A stretch of DNA of 30,565 nucleotides from Bacteroidota bacterium. Its GTDB lineage: Bacteria > Bacteroidota > Ignavibacteria > UBA10030. The DNA lies in NCBI GenBank assembly GCA_036518155.1, contig DATDNS010000073.1, positions 1-30,565 on the forward strand, in the 5' to 3' direction. Shown piece by piece: positions 1 to 8,832 of the stretch (its first letter is position 1; the number at the start of each line of letters is the position of its first letter). Made by a program: the position numbers and the translations under genes. A model generated the notes under the pieces. The model did no database searches. It was not told the origin of the DNA and worked only from the letters and a program-made list of their open reading frames with translations.

Positions 1-309
1 ACACCGATTGTGCTTCTACTGGGAGGCCGCGACAAGGGCAACGACTATAGCCGGCTCACAGAGCTGGTCAGGGACCGTGTGAAAGCGATTGTTGCCATCG
101 GCGAATCCGCTGACAAGGTCGAGTCGTCGTTCAAGAGCGTCACATCCGTGACACGGTCTGACTCCATGGACGATGCGGTCCGTAAGGCACAGAGTCTGTC
201 AGCGAGCGGCGATATCGTCTTGTTGTCGCCGGCGTGCGCATCGTTTGACTGGTTCAAGAACTATGAACATCGCGGCCGGGTGTTCAAGGAACTCGTGAAC
301 AACATATGA
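1..309 (+). CDS. murD: UDP-N-acetylmuramoyl-L-alanine--D-glutamate ligase, C-terminal part (truncated by window edge)
   Basis: Frame is open from base 1. MurD C-terminal motifs GGRDKG and LLSPACASFDWFKNYEHRG are present. The stop overlaps the ftsW start (ATGA). Confidence 0.95.
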   Translation, partial: TPIVLLLGGRDKGNDYSRLTELVRDRVKAIVAIGESADKVESSFKSVTSVTRSDSMDDAVRKAQSLSASGDIVLLSPACASFDWFKNYEHRGRVFKELVNNI

Positions 310-1472
310 CGCGGATACGTCGCAACCATATCGACCTTGCAACACTGACAGCCGTGCTCGTCCTCATGGTTCTCAGTCTCGGGGTTGTCTACAGCGCATC
401 ATCGACGTGGGCGTATGCGAAGTTTGGTCAGAGCAGTCACTTGCTGAGTTCCCACGCCGTCAAGATTCTTCTCGGCATCGTGGCGTTGTTTGTCGGCATG
501 AATATCAACTACCTCAAGTTCAAGAAGCTGACGAAGCCGGCGCTGATTTTTGCGATCCTTCTCCTTGGCATCACGTTCGTGTTGGGCGGAGAAACAAAAG
601 GAGCAGTGCGCTGGTTGCGCTACGGAGGATTCGGTCTGCAGCCGTCGGAATTTGCAAAATTTGCGCTTTTGTTTCACCTGTGTGCCCTGATTTCGATCAA
701 GGGCGAAGCGATCAAAGATTTCAAAAAGGGACTGATGCCGATGATGATCTGGATCGGTGCCGTGGTCGGTCTCGTCATGGCTCAACCCAATTTCAGCGCC
801 GGCATGATGATCATCCTTCTCAGCTGTGTCATGCTCTTTGTCAGCCGGGCGCGTCTGCTCCATCTCCTGGCAACGGGAGCCGCAATCCTTCCGGTGGTGG
901 GATTGTATATGGTGAGTGCCACGTACAGGATGGAGCGTATCCGGTCGTTCATCGGCGGAAAATCAGGAAAGATCAACTATCAGCTCTGGCAGGGAATTAT
1001 CGGATTCGGCAACGGCGGCATCTTTGGTGTCGGTCCGGGAGAAAGCAAGCAACGTGATTTTTTCCTGCCGGAGTCGTACGGCGACTTTGTGTTCTCGATT
1101 GTGGGAGAGGAATATGGTTTCATCGGAACGATTTTTTTCCTGTCTCTCTTCCTGTTCATCATGTTGCGCGGATTCAAGATCGCCAAAAATGCCAAGGATG
1201 AATTCTCGCGTCTGCTTGCGATTGCCATCACGAGCACGGTGACACTGTATGCCCTGGTGAATGCGGGTGTGACGCTCGGTATTCTGCCGACGACGGGGCT
1301 GCCGATGCCGTTTGTGAGCTACGGCGGCTCTTCCTTGCTGTTCACGTCGTTCGCCGTCGGCATCCTGCTCAATATCTCGTCGCGGACGGATATGCACCCG
1401 AGGCTGCAGAACATGGCCGAAACGGTTGTGATGCCGGATACTTCCGGGTCGAACGCAGGGAAGATCTACTAA
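306..1472 (+). CDS. ftsW: SEDS family peptidoglycan polymerase / cell division protein FtsW
   Basis: About 10 hydrophobic segments. SEDS motifs RWL..GGFGLQPSEFAK, FLPESYGDFVFSIVGEEYG and PTTGLPMPFVSYGGSS. Lies between murD and murG. Confidence 0.95.
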   Translation: MTRIRRNHIDLATLTAVLVLMVLSLGVVYSASSTWAYAKFGQSSHLLSSHAVKILLGIVALFVGMNINYLKFKKLTKPALIFAILLLGITFVLGGETKGAVRWLRYGGFGLQPSEFAKFALLFHLCALISIKGEAIKDFKKGLMPMMIWIGAVVGLVMAQPNFSAGMMIILLSCVMLFVSRARLLHLLATGAAILPVVGLYMVSATYRMERIRSFIGGKSGKINYQLWQGIIGFGNGGIFGVGPGESKQRDFFLPESYGDFVFSIVGEEYGFIGTIFFLSLFLFIMLRGFKIAKNAKDEFSRLLAIAITSTVTLYALVNAGVTLGILPTTGLPMPFVSYGGSSLLFTSFAVGILLNISSRTDMHPRLQNMAETVVMPDTSGSNAGKIY

Positions 1473-1489
1473 ACCGAATTTGAAAGAAT

Positions 1490-2590
1490 GTGTCCGAAAA
1501 GAAAATCAATATTCTCATTGCGGGCGGCGGGACCGGAGGTCATCTCTATCCGGCCCTTGCCATTGCTGACGAGATCCGGAAGCGCCGCGCCGATGCGAAT
1601 ATTCTCTTTGTCGGCACAAGAGACAAGATCGAAGCGCGCGTCGTTCCCGAACGTGGCTATGCTTTTACCACCATTTGGGTCAGCGGATTCCACCGTGGCA
1701 TGAGAATGCAAAACTTCCTCCTGCCGTTGAAAGTTGTGGTATCGCTGTTTCAGTCGTTCTTTCTCATAGCAAGGTACCGGCCGAATGTTGTTCTTGGCAC
1801 CGGAGGGTATGTGTGTGCACCGGTGATTCTTGCAGCTTCGCTTCTGCGGATTCCTACGGTGATTCACGAATCAAACAGTTATCCCGGGGTCACGACAAGG
1901 CTGCTCGCAGGGCGTGCGACAACAGTGTTCACCGCATTTGCGGCGACAAACCTCTGGCTCAAGCGCACCGCGACCGTGGAACTCGTCGGTACCCCAACCC
2001 GGGCTTCGCTCGACGGTGTGACGACGGAATCGGCGCTCGGGTTCTTCGGGTTGGATGCGGCGAAGAAAACGGTCTTTGTGTTTGGCGGCAGTCTCGGTGC
2101 CGCATCGATCAACAGTGCATTGTTGAACATCGCAGAAACCCTGAAGAACCAGAACGTCCAGCTGATCTGGCAGACTGGTTTGACGGACGAAGCAAGGATC
2201 AAGTCGGCAATTGGAGAAAGGAACATCGGTTGGATTGGAAGCTATATCGACCGGATGGAGCTCGCTTATGCGGCGGCCGATATCGTCGTCTGTCGCTCCG
2301 GTGCAACCACGATTGCAGAATTGACCCGGATCGGAAAGCCGGCTATTCTGGTGCCGTTTCCGCACGCAGCGGCGGATCATCAAACGCTCAACGCAAAAAC
2401 GCTGGCTGATGTGGGCGCTGCGGTTCTCGTACCAGATAACGAACTAGAACAGAAATTGGAATCGGCGATTCTTGAGTTGTTGGGTGATCGTGCGAGACGA
2501 GCTTCAATGTCGGCGGCAAGCAAATCGCTTGGAAAACCGGATGCAGGATCCGTTATTGCAGCAAAAATCCTTGATATGATGACGGCGTAA
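1490..2590 (+). CDS. murG: Undecaprenyl-PP-MurNAc-pentapeptide GlcNAc transferase
   Basis: G-loops GGGTGGHLYP and FGGSLGA, plus HESN and CRSGATTIAELT..GKPAILVPFP. GTG start. Confidence 0.96.
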   Translation: MSEKKINILIAGGGTGGHLYPALAIADEIRKRRADANILFVGTRDKIEARVVPERGYAFTTIWVSGFHRGMRMQNFLLPLKVVVSLFQSFFLIARYRPNVVLGTGGYVCAPVILAASLLRIPTVIHESNSYPGVTTRLLAGRATTVFTAFAATNLWLKRTATVELVGTPTRASLDGVTTESALGFFGLDAAKKTVFVFGGSLGAASINSALLNIAETLKNQNVQLIWQTGLTDEARIKSAIGERNIGWIGSYIDRMELAYAAADIVVCRSGATTIAELTRIGKPAILVPFPHAAADHQTLNAKTLADVGAAVLVPDNELEQKLESAILELLGDRARRASMSAASKSLGKPDAGSVIAAKILDMMTA

Positions 2591-2594
2591 TGGG

Positions 2595-3092
2595 ATGAGG
2601 AAGGAATTCAAATACAAGCTCGATTTCTACTATCAGCAGACGCTGATCTATCTGTCTGCACTCGTGTTGTATGCGGGGATACGCGGAAGCTTCATTGAAA
2701 ATCAGTTCAGTTTTGTATTCAACGACCCGATTGTTTTTATCTTCATCATTTTCTTTCTGATTTCTCTGGTGACGCTGTTCCTCAATATTTATCGGAACCG
2801 GAAACTGATCATCGACGAAAACAAGATTGTTTTTCATTCCCGTTCCCGTGAGCGGGAGATCTCCATGACGGACATCGAGTGGATGCACATTGGCCGCGAG
2901 CTGACCGTGCAGACAGCTGGCCGGTTCCAGCTCGTGATTTTTAAAGTCCGCGGACGACGCTGGCTCTTTCGGATCAGGGTCGGACGGTACGAACGTGACC
3001 GCGAACTTGTTGCCGAAATGGAACGGCTGGCGCTACAAGTGCCGAGAGGAAAGAAACGGCAATTCGGAATGAGAAGACGCAAACAAGGTTAA
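2595..3092 (+). CDS. Hypothetical membrane protein (2 N-terminal TM helices, beta-rich PH-like soluble domain, basic tail) inside the dcw operon
   Basis: 165 aa ORF filling the murG-murC gap (4 nt and 7 nt spacers) on the operon strand. Hydrophobic stretches LIYLSALVLYAGI and IVFIFIIFFLISLVTLFLNIY. The PH-like call is inference from the sequence pattern. Confidence 0.85.
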   Translation: MRKEFKYKLDFYYQQTLIYLSALVLYAGIRGSFIENQFSFVFNDPIVFIFIIFFLISLVTLFLNIYRNRKLIIDENKIVFHSRSREREISMTDIEWMHIGRELTVQTAGRFQLVIFKVRGRRWLFRIRVGRYERDRELVAEMERLALQVPRGKKRQFGMRRRKQG

Positions 3093-3099
3093 CGAGAAT

Positions 3100-4485
3100 A
3101 TGTTCTCTTCTATCAAAAAAATTCATTTCGTCGGTATCGGTGGGATTGGCATGAGCGGCATTGCCGAGATTCTTCTCGACCAGGGTTTCAAGGTGAGCGG
3201 TTCGGATCGGGCTCTCTCTGAAGTCACCGACCGTCTCAAGAAACTGGGCGCGGTCATCTATGAGGGACACAAACCCGAACACGTGGCGTCCGATGTCGAC
3301 TCCCTCGTGTACTCCTCTGCCGTCGTCTCCGACAATCCGGAGGTTACAGAAGCGCAGCGCCGGAAAATCCCGATCGTTCGCAGAGCCGAAATGCTCGCAG
3401 AAGTCATGCGGTTGAAATACGGAATCGGGATTGCCGGTACGCACGGCAAAACAACCACAACTTCCATGATCAGCCTGATCCTCATGGAAGGCGGATTGGA
3501 TCCGACCGTCATCGTCGGGGGGAAACTTAGCGGGCTGGGAGGGACGAATGCACGGCTCGGAAAAGGCGATTTTATCGTCGTTGAAGCGGACGAATTTGAC
3601 CGTTCATTCCTGTCGATCACACCAACCATTGCCGTGCTGACGACACTTGAAACAGACCATCTCGACTGCTACCGCGACCTCGAAGACATCAAAGGAGCGT
3701 TCATACAGTTTGCCAACAAAGTCCCGTTCTACGGTTTTGTCGTACTCTGTCTCGATGAGCCGGCCTTGCAGGATATCATGCCGAAAATGAGCAAAAAGAA
3801 GATCCTGACCTACGGCCTGAATCCACAGGCGGACATCCAGGCTGTCGATATTCATCACAAGAATAACTCGAGTTTGTTCACCGTTGTGAAAAACGGCGTG
3901 GACCTGGGATCGGTTACCCTCCTTGTTCCCGGAAAACACAATGTTCAAAATGCCCTGGCTGCGATTACGGTTGGACTGGAACTCGGCATCCCGTTCGCAA
4001 AAATCAAGTCGGGAATTGAAAAGTTTTCCGGTGTCTTTCGTCGATGGGAGCTCAAAGGCGAAGTCGACGGCATCTCTGTTTATGACGACTACGCCCACCA
4101 TCCGACCGAATGCAGGGCGACTCTCTCAGGAGCAAAAGCGGGCTGGAGAAGGCGTGTCGTGTGTGTATTCCAGCCCCACTTATTCACGCGCACAAGAGAT
4201 TTCTATGAGGACTTCGGAAAAGCGTTCCTGTTGTCTGATGTCCTGGTCGTGACAGATATCTATCCGGCGCGCGAAGAGCCGATCCAGGGAGTGTCGGGAG
4301 AACTCATTGCAAATGCGGCAAAGCAGTTTGGCCACAAAGATGTGAATTATGTTCCCGACAAAACGAAGGTTCCTGCTTTACTACAGAAAATTGTCAAGAA
4401 AGGGGACATCGTCATAACAATGGGGGCCGGTGATATTTGGAAGTACGGCGAAGAGTATTTGAAACAAGTGAAAAGTAACAAGTGA
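3100..4485 (+). CDS. murC: UDP-N-acetylmuramate--L-alanine ligase
   Basis: GIGGIGMSG, P-loop GTHGKTTT, EADEFD and DDYAHHPTE motifs. Confidence 0.97.
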   Translation: MFSSIKKIHFVGIGGIGMSGIAEILLDQGFKVSGSDRALSEVTDRLKKLGAVIYEGHKPEHVASDVDSLVYSSAVVSDNPEVTEAQRRKIPIVRRAEMLAEVMRLKYGIGIAGTHGKTTTTSMISLILMEGGLDPTVIVGGKLSGLGGTNARLGKGDFIVVEADEFDRSFLSITPTIAVLTTLETDHLDCYRDLEDIKGAFIQFANKVPFYGFVVLCLDEPALQDIMPKMSKKKILTYGLNPQADIQAVDIHHKNNSSLFTVVKNGVDLGSVTLLVPGKHNVQNALAAITVGLELGIPFAKIKSGIEKFSGVFRRWELKGEVDGISVYDDYAHHPTECRATLSGAKAGWRRRVVCVFQPHLFTRTRDFYEDFGKAFLLSDVLVVTDIYPAREEPIQGVSGELIANAAKQFGHKDVNYVPDKTKVPALLQKIVKKGDIVITMGAGDIWKYGEEYLKQVKSNK

Positions 4486-4490
4486 AAAGT
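4463..4490 (+). repeat. Perfect 14-bp tandem duplication (AACAAGTGAAAAGT x2) spanning the murC stop codon
   Basis: Read directly: 4463-4476 is identical to 4477-4490. The murC TGA (4483-4485) lies in the second copy. Confidence 0.9.
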
Positions 4491-4552
4491 AAAAAGGATA
4501 AAGCAGAAGAAGATCCGTTGATCATGAATAGTTCAGCTTTTTGCGTTGACTG

Positions 4553-5470
4553 ATGGTTTCGTTGAGCGACATAAAGAAATTCTTTCGCGGCACGATCCTG
4601 CTGAATGAGCCTCTCTCCAGGTACACGTGGATGAAGGTCGGCGGTGCTGCGGATTACTATGTCGAGCCGGCTGACCGGAACGACCTTGTCGAAATCGTGA
4701 ACTATTTTCGGCAGAACAGTTTCCCATTCGTGATGCTTGGTCGGGGGAGCAATGTCCTTGTAAGCGATGACGGCATTCGGGGAGCGGTGGTGAACATCGA
4801 ACGGGCGCTGTCGTCACTCCGGCTGGAGGGAGACGGTGTGGTTGCGGAAGCGGGAGTCTGGCTCCAGAAATTCGTGGAATTCTGCATTCAGCACGAGTTT
4901 GCCGGCGTGGAAATGCTGGCGGGAATTCCCGGGACAATCGGCGGAGCCATCGTGATGAATGCCGGCGCCCACGGCGGCGAAATCTCGAATTTCGTTACAG
5001 AGGTCGAGGCGTTGCGCGACTGTGCGATCAAGAAGTTCTCAAAGGAGGAGTCAGATTTTGCGTACCGGCATTCAGCGTTCGAGCAAGACGTTGTGCTGAG
5101 TGCAACGTTCAGGCTCCCGAAGGGAAACAAGGAGGAACTTTCGAAGCGCCGTCGTGAACTCATTCTGAAACGGAATGAAACGCAGCCCCTCGAACTGCCG
5201 AACTCCGGGAGCATGTTCAAGAATCCGCCCAACACCTTTGCAGCGAAACTTATTGAACAGGCCGGGCTCAAGGGAAAGCGAATCGGGAATGCACAGATTT
5301 CGGAGAAGCACGCAAATTTTATCGTCAACCTTGGAGCAGCAAAAGCAACTGATATCGTGCAGCTCCTTGAGCTTGCCCAACGAACGGTGTATCAGAATTC
5401 CGGTATTCAACTGGAATTCGAAGTGAAGTTCCTGGGTTTCCAGCACGAATTGAATGGTCAAACCTCGTGA
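4553..5470 (+). CDS. murB: UDP-N-acetylenolpyruvoylglucosamine reductase
   Basis: KVGGAAD, GRGSN, GIPGTIGGAIVMNAGAHG, GSMFKNP and KHANF motifs. Confidence 0.96.
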   Translation: MVSLSDIKKFFRGTILLNEPLSRYTWMKVGGAADYYVEPADRNDLVEIVNYFRQNSFPFVMLGRGSNVLVSDDGIRGAVVNIERALSSLRLEGDGVVAEAGVWLQKFVEFCIQHEFAGVEMLAGIPGTIGGAIVMNAGAHGGEISNFVTEVEALRDCAIKKFSKEESDFAYRHSAFEQDVVLSATFRLPKGNKEELSKRRRELILKRNETQPLELPNSGSMFKNPPNTFAAKLIEQAGLKGKRIGNAQISEKHANFIVNLGAAKATDIVQLLELAQRTVYQNSGIQLEFEVKFLGFQHELNGQTS

Positions 5471-6228
5471 GCGGCTCGCGTGCAAAAAAATACGGTCTCC
5501 TGGGGCTGCTGGTTGCCTTCGCCGGACTCATTGTCTTCGCTAACTTCTGGAAGTCAAGTCTGAAAGTGACACGAGTGACCCTTCAAGGCAACCGAATCGT
5601 CGAAGCCAACGAGCTCTTCCAGCTGGCCCAGGTGAAACGCGGTGTGTCGATCTATGATGTCGACCTGAAAGCGATCCAGAAGAATCTTCTGACGCATTGC
5701 TATGTCAAAGAGGCGATCGTCGGGCGGAATCTGCCATCGACGATTGAGCTCACGGTGGTGGAGCGGACGCCGATTGCCCTTGTAAACCGTTCCGAAATCG
5801 TTTATCTGGATGAGGACGGCGTTGTCCTGCCGCGTTCGATCTCGAAGGCGTTGTTCGACCTTCCTGTCCTGAGCGGACTTAATGTAGGTACCTCGCTTTC
5901 CTACGGCAGTGTCGTGCGGGATTCGAATGCTTTTGCAGCTCTCAGGATTCTGCGGGCGGCAAAACTGGTCAACAGCGAGCTCTACCATTTGATTTCGGAA
6001 GTTCAGGTTCGTGCCGACAGCGACCTGGTGGTCTATACCGCGGAAGGGGGAGTACCCGTAATCGTTGGAGAAGGAAACATCGCAGACAAACTTGTCAGAC
6101 TGAATGAGTTTTGGAATCAGGTTATCCGGGAACGGGGACTGCAAGACCTGCAGTATGTCGATTTGAGATTTGACGATCAGATTGTCGCGCGCTGGTCGAC
6201 GCAGGCGATCAGAACGAGAACGATGTAA
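5467..6228 (+). CDS. ftsQ: Cell division protein FtsQ/DivIB (single TM, POTRA, beta domain)
   Basis: Short basic N-terminus and one TM. POTRA-like VTLQGNRIV...YVKEAIVGRNLPSTIELTVVERTPIA and C-terminal YVDLRFDDQIV. GTG start overlaps the murB stop (GTGA) and the gene directly precedes ftsA. Confidence 0.9.
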   Translation: MSGSRAKKYGLLGLLVAFAGLIVFANFWKSSLKVTRVTLQGNRIVEANELFQLAQVKRGVSIYDVDLKAIQKNLLTHCYVKEAIVGRNLPSTIELTVVERTPIALVNRSEIVYLDEDGVVLPRSISKALFDLPVLSGLNVGTSLSYGSVVRDSNAFAALRILRAAKLVNSELYHLISEVQVRADSDLVVYTAEGGVPVIVGEGNIADKLVRLNEFWNQVIRERGLQDLQYVDLRFDDQIVARWSTQAIRTRTM

Positions 6229-6248
6229 TGAACCGATAAAGGATGGAT

Positions 6249-7499
6249 ATGGAACCAACAATTGCTGTAGGATTGGATATCGGGACGACAAAGGTTTGTG
6301 CCATTGTTGCCTCTCCCGACGAGCAACACCCCGGAAAACTGAAGATTCTGGGAATAGGAAAAAGCCATTCCGAAGGACTGACGCGCGGAGTCGTGACAAA
6401 TGTCGACAAGACTATTCGTTCGATCCAGACTGCCGTCCAGGATGCTGAAGCACAGTCCGGTGTGAAGATTGATGTCGTCACGGTCGGGATTGCCGGCGAT
6501 CATATTCAGAGCTTTCAAAGCCGCGGTGTCATCGCCATCAGCAGGCCGGATAACGAGATCAAGCAGGAAGACGTCGACCGACTGATCGAAGACACCAAGA
6601 GGCTCGCACTTCCGCTCGACCGCAAAATCATCCACGTGATCCCCCAGCAGTTCATCGTCGACGGCCAGGACGGTATCTATGACCCGGTCGGAATGTCGGG
6701 CGTACGGATGGAAGCGAATGTCCATATCATCACCGGGCTTGTTACCGCGGCGCAGAACATCTACAAGTGCGTCCAACGGGCCGGGCTGCAGGTGAACGAC
6801 ATGGTCCTCGAACCGATTGCCTCCAGCTACGCGGTCCTCGACGATGCCGAGCGGGAAGTCGGTGTGGCGTTGCTTGATATCGGCGGAGGTACGACGGACC
6901 TCGCCGTCTTCGAAGAAAAAACAATCCGGCACACGGCAGTCATCGGCATCGCCGGAACCAAGGTGACGGACGATATCCGGAAAGGGTTCGGGATACTCAC
7001 CGATCAGGCCGAGCGCATCAAATGTGAATTCGGCTTTGCCTACGAACCGGCCGTCATCGACAATCAGCCGATCATGCTTCCGGGTGTGGGAGGACGGCCT
7101 CCGATGGAAATCGACAAGCTTCTTCTCTGCAAAGTGATCCAGCCAAGAATGGAAGAGATCCTCGAATGTGCTGCGATCGAGATCAAGCGATCCGGATATT
7201 CCAAGCATCTTTCCGCGGGCGCTGTACTGACGGGAGGCGGCTCGTTGATCAAGGGGACGGCGGAACTCGCGAAGCAGGTTCTCGGGATGCCGGTGAAGAT
7301 CGGGATTCCGACGGGATTCGGGGCGGGCCTGGTTCACGAAATAGAAAACCCGATTTACGCGACCGGGGTCGGCCTGGTGATGCACGAGCTGAGACACCGG
7401 GATCGCTCGAACATTGCCGCAGCGCTTCCGGAGGGAAAAGGAAAAGGTTCAGTGAAAAGCATTTTTAACAGAATGAAGACGTGGTTCGATGAACTGTGA
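6249..7499 (+). CDS. ftsA: Cell division protein FtsA
   Basis: Actin-fold phosphate motifs GLDIGTTKV and LLDIGGGTTD, plus LTGGGSLIKG. Start placed at ATG 6249 (AAGGA 5 nt upstream); ATG 6243 is an in-frame alternative. Confidence 0.96.
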   Translation: MEPTIAVGLDIGTTKVCAIVASPDEQHPGKLKILGIGKSHSEGLTRGVVTNVDKTIRSIQTAVQDAEAQSGVKIDVVTVGIAGDHIQSFQSRGVIAISRPDNEIKQEDVDRLIEDTKRLALPLDRKIIHVIPQQFIVDGQDGIYDPVGMSGVRMEANVHIITGLVTAAQNIYKCVQRAGLQVNDMVLEPIASSYAVLDDAEREVGVALLDIGGGTTDLAVFEEKTIRHTAVIGIAGTKVTDDIRKGFGILTDQAERIKCEFGFAYEPAVIDNQPIMLPGVGGRPPMEIDKLLLCKVIQPRMEEILECAAIEIKRSGYSKHLSAGAVLTGGGSLIKGTAELAKQVLGMPVKIGIPTGFGAGLVHEIENPIYATGVGLVMHELRHRDRSNIAAALPEGKGKGSVKSIFNRMKTWFDEL

Positions 7500-7563
7500 T
7501 CAACGATGAACTCAAGAAATTATCAACAATACCCACCAACCATAACATATAAGGAGGATTACC

Positions 7564-8736
7564 GTGATAGAACTTGACATGGGTACGGGCCGTGGAGCTA
7601 AAATCCGCGTTGTCGGTGTTGGCGGTGGCGGAGGAAACGCGCTCAACAGCATGATCGACAAAGGTCTTGTCGGCGTCGACTTTGTTGCCATCAACACCGA
7701 TTTGCAGGCGCTCGAACGCAACAACGCCCAGCAGAAGATCCAGATCGGCAAGAACCTCACGAGGGGGCTCGGCGCAGGGGCTGATCCTTCCATTGGATTC
7801 CGGGCGGTGGAGGAAGATCGCGAAGAGATTGCACGCGCTCTCGGCGGCTGCGATATGGTGTTCATCACGGCAGGCATGGGGGGCGGTACCGGGACAGGCG
7901 GCGCTCCCATGGTCGCGAGCATTGCAAAAAGTCTTGGAGCCCTCGTCGTCGGAATTGTTACCAAGCCGTTCAACAGCGAGGGGAAGAAGCGGATGTCCCA
8001 GGCCGACCAGGGTCTCGAGGAACTAAAGAAGCAGGTCGATACGCTGATCGTCATTCCGAATCAGAAGCTTCTCGAAATCATCGACAGGCGCACGAGCGTA
8101 ACGGAAGCATTCGAAATCTGCAACAAGGTGCTTCACAACGCAACGCGCGGGATTTCGGAGATCATCACCGTTCCCGGTCTCATCAACGTCGATTTTGCGG
8201 ACGTCCGCAGGATCATGCGGGAGATGGGAGACGCGCTGATGGGTACCGGTATTTCGAGCGGGGAGAACAGGGCGATCGAGGCGGCGAATGCCGCGATTTC
8301 ACACCCTCTTCTCGAAGGAATTTCCATTGCCGGCGCACAGGGAATCCTCATCAATATCACCGGCAGCAGCAGTATGTCGATGTGGGAAGTCGATGAAGCG
8401 ACGGGGATCATTCATCAGGCAGCCGGCGAGGAGGCGGAGATCATCTTTGGAACCGTTATCGACGATTCCATGAACGATAATATCATGGTAACGGTCGTCG
8501 CGACTGGGTTCAACAAGAAAGCCGTCCCGGTGAAGCAGGCTCCGCGCGCCACGGCGAGTCTGATGAGCCGTGTTCCTTCCGGACCGGTTGATCTGCAAAA
8601 AATGGATGAGCCGGCGTTTGTCCGGCGCGGAATCGAAATTTCGCTCAATCCGAACCGCGAAGCAGCACAGGAGAAAGAGAAGATCGACAAGTCCGATTCT
8701 GAGAAACCCGCGTTTCTCAGAAAAATCATGGACTAA
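7564..8736 (+). CDS. ftsZ: Cell division GTPase FtsZ
   Basis: GVGGGGGNA, tubulin signature GMGGGTGTGGAP, INVDFADV and C-terminal KPAFLRKIMD. GTG start with AAGGAGG RBS. Confidence 0.98.
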   Translation: MIELDMGTGRGAKIRVVGVGGGGGNALNSMIDKGLVGVDFVAINTDLQALERNNAQQKIQIGKNLTRGLGAGADPSIGFRAVEEDREEIARALGGCDMVFITAGMGGGTGTGGAPMVASIAKSLGALVVGIVTKPFNSEGKKRMSQADQGLEELKKQVDTLIVIPNQKLLEIIDRRTSVTEAFEICNKVLHNATRGISEIITVPGLINVDFADVRRIMREMGDALMGTGISSGENRAIEAANAAISHPLLEGISIAGAQGILINITGSSSMSMWEVDEATGIIHQAAGEEAEIIFGTVIDDSMNDNIMVTVVATGFNKKAVPVKQAPRATASLMSRVPSGPVDLQKMDEPAFVRRGIEISLNPNREAAQEKEKIDKSDSEKPAFLRKIMD

Positions 8737-8776
8737 TCAGGCTTCATCGCTTTACAATTCTATCACGGTGGGTACC

Positions 8777-8817
8777 AAAAACTCCGGCAGATCAGGCCCG
8801 ATCAGTCGGAGTTTTTT
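8777..8817. terminator. Bidirectional intrinsic terminator between convergent ftsZ and the SDR gene
   Basis: AAAAACTCCG-gcagatc-aggccc-gatcagt-CGGAGTTTTT hairpin flanked by an A-tract and a T-tract. Confidence 0.85.
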
Positions 8818-8832
8818 TATCCCCGAAGTCCC

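Noticed and set aside
6177-7397. 406-aa antisense ORF opposite ftsA (similarly 5554-6399 opposite ftsQ/ftsA)
   Set aside because: It fully shadows well-supported genes, has no motifs and has the composition typical of antisense frames of GC3-rich genes.
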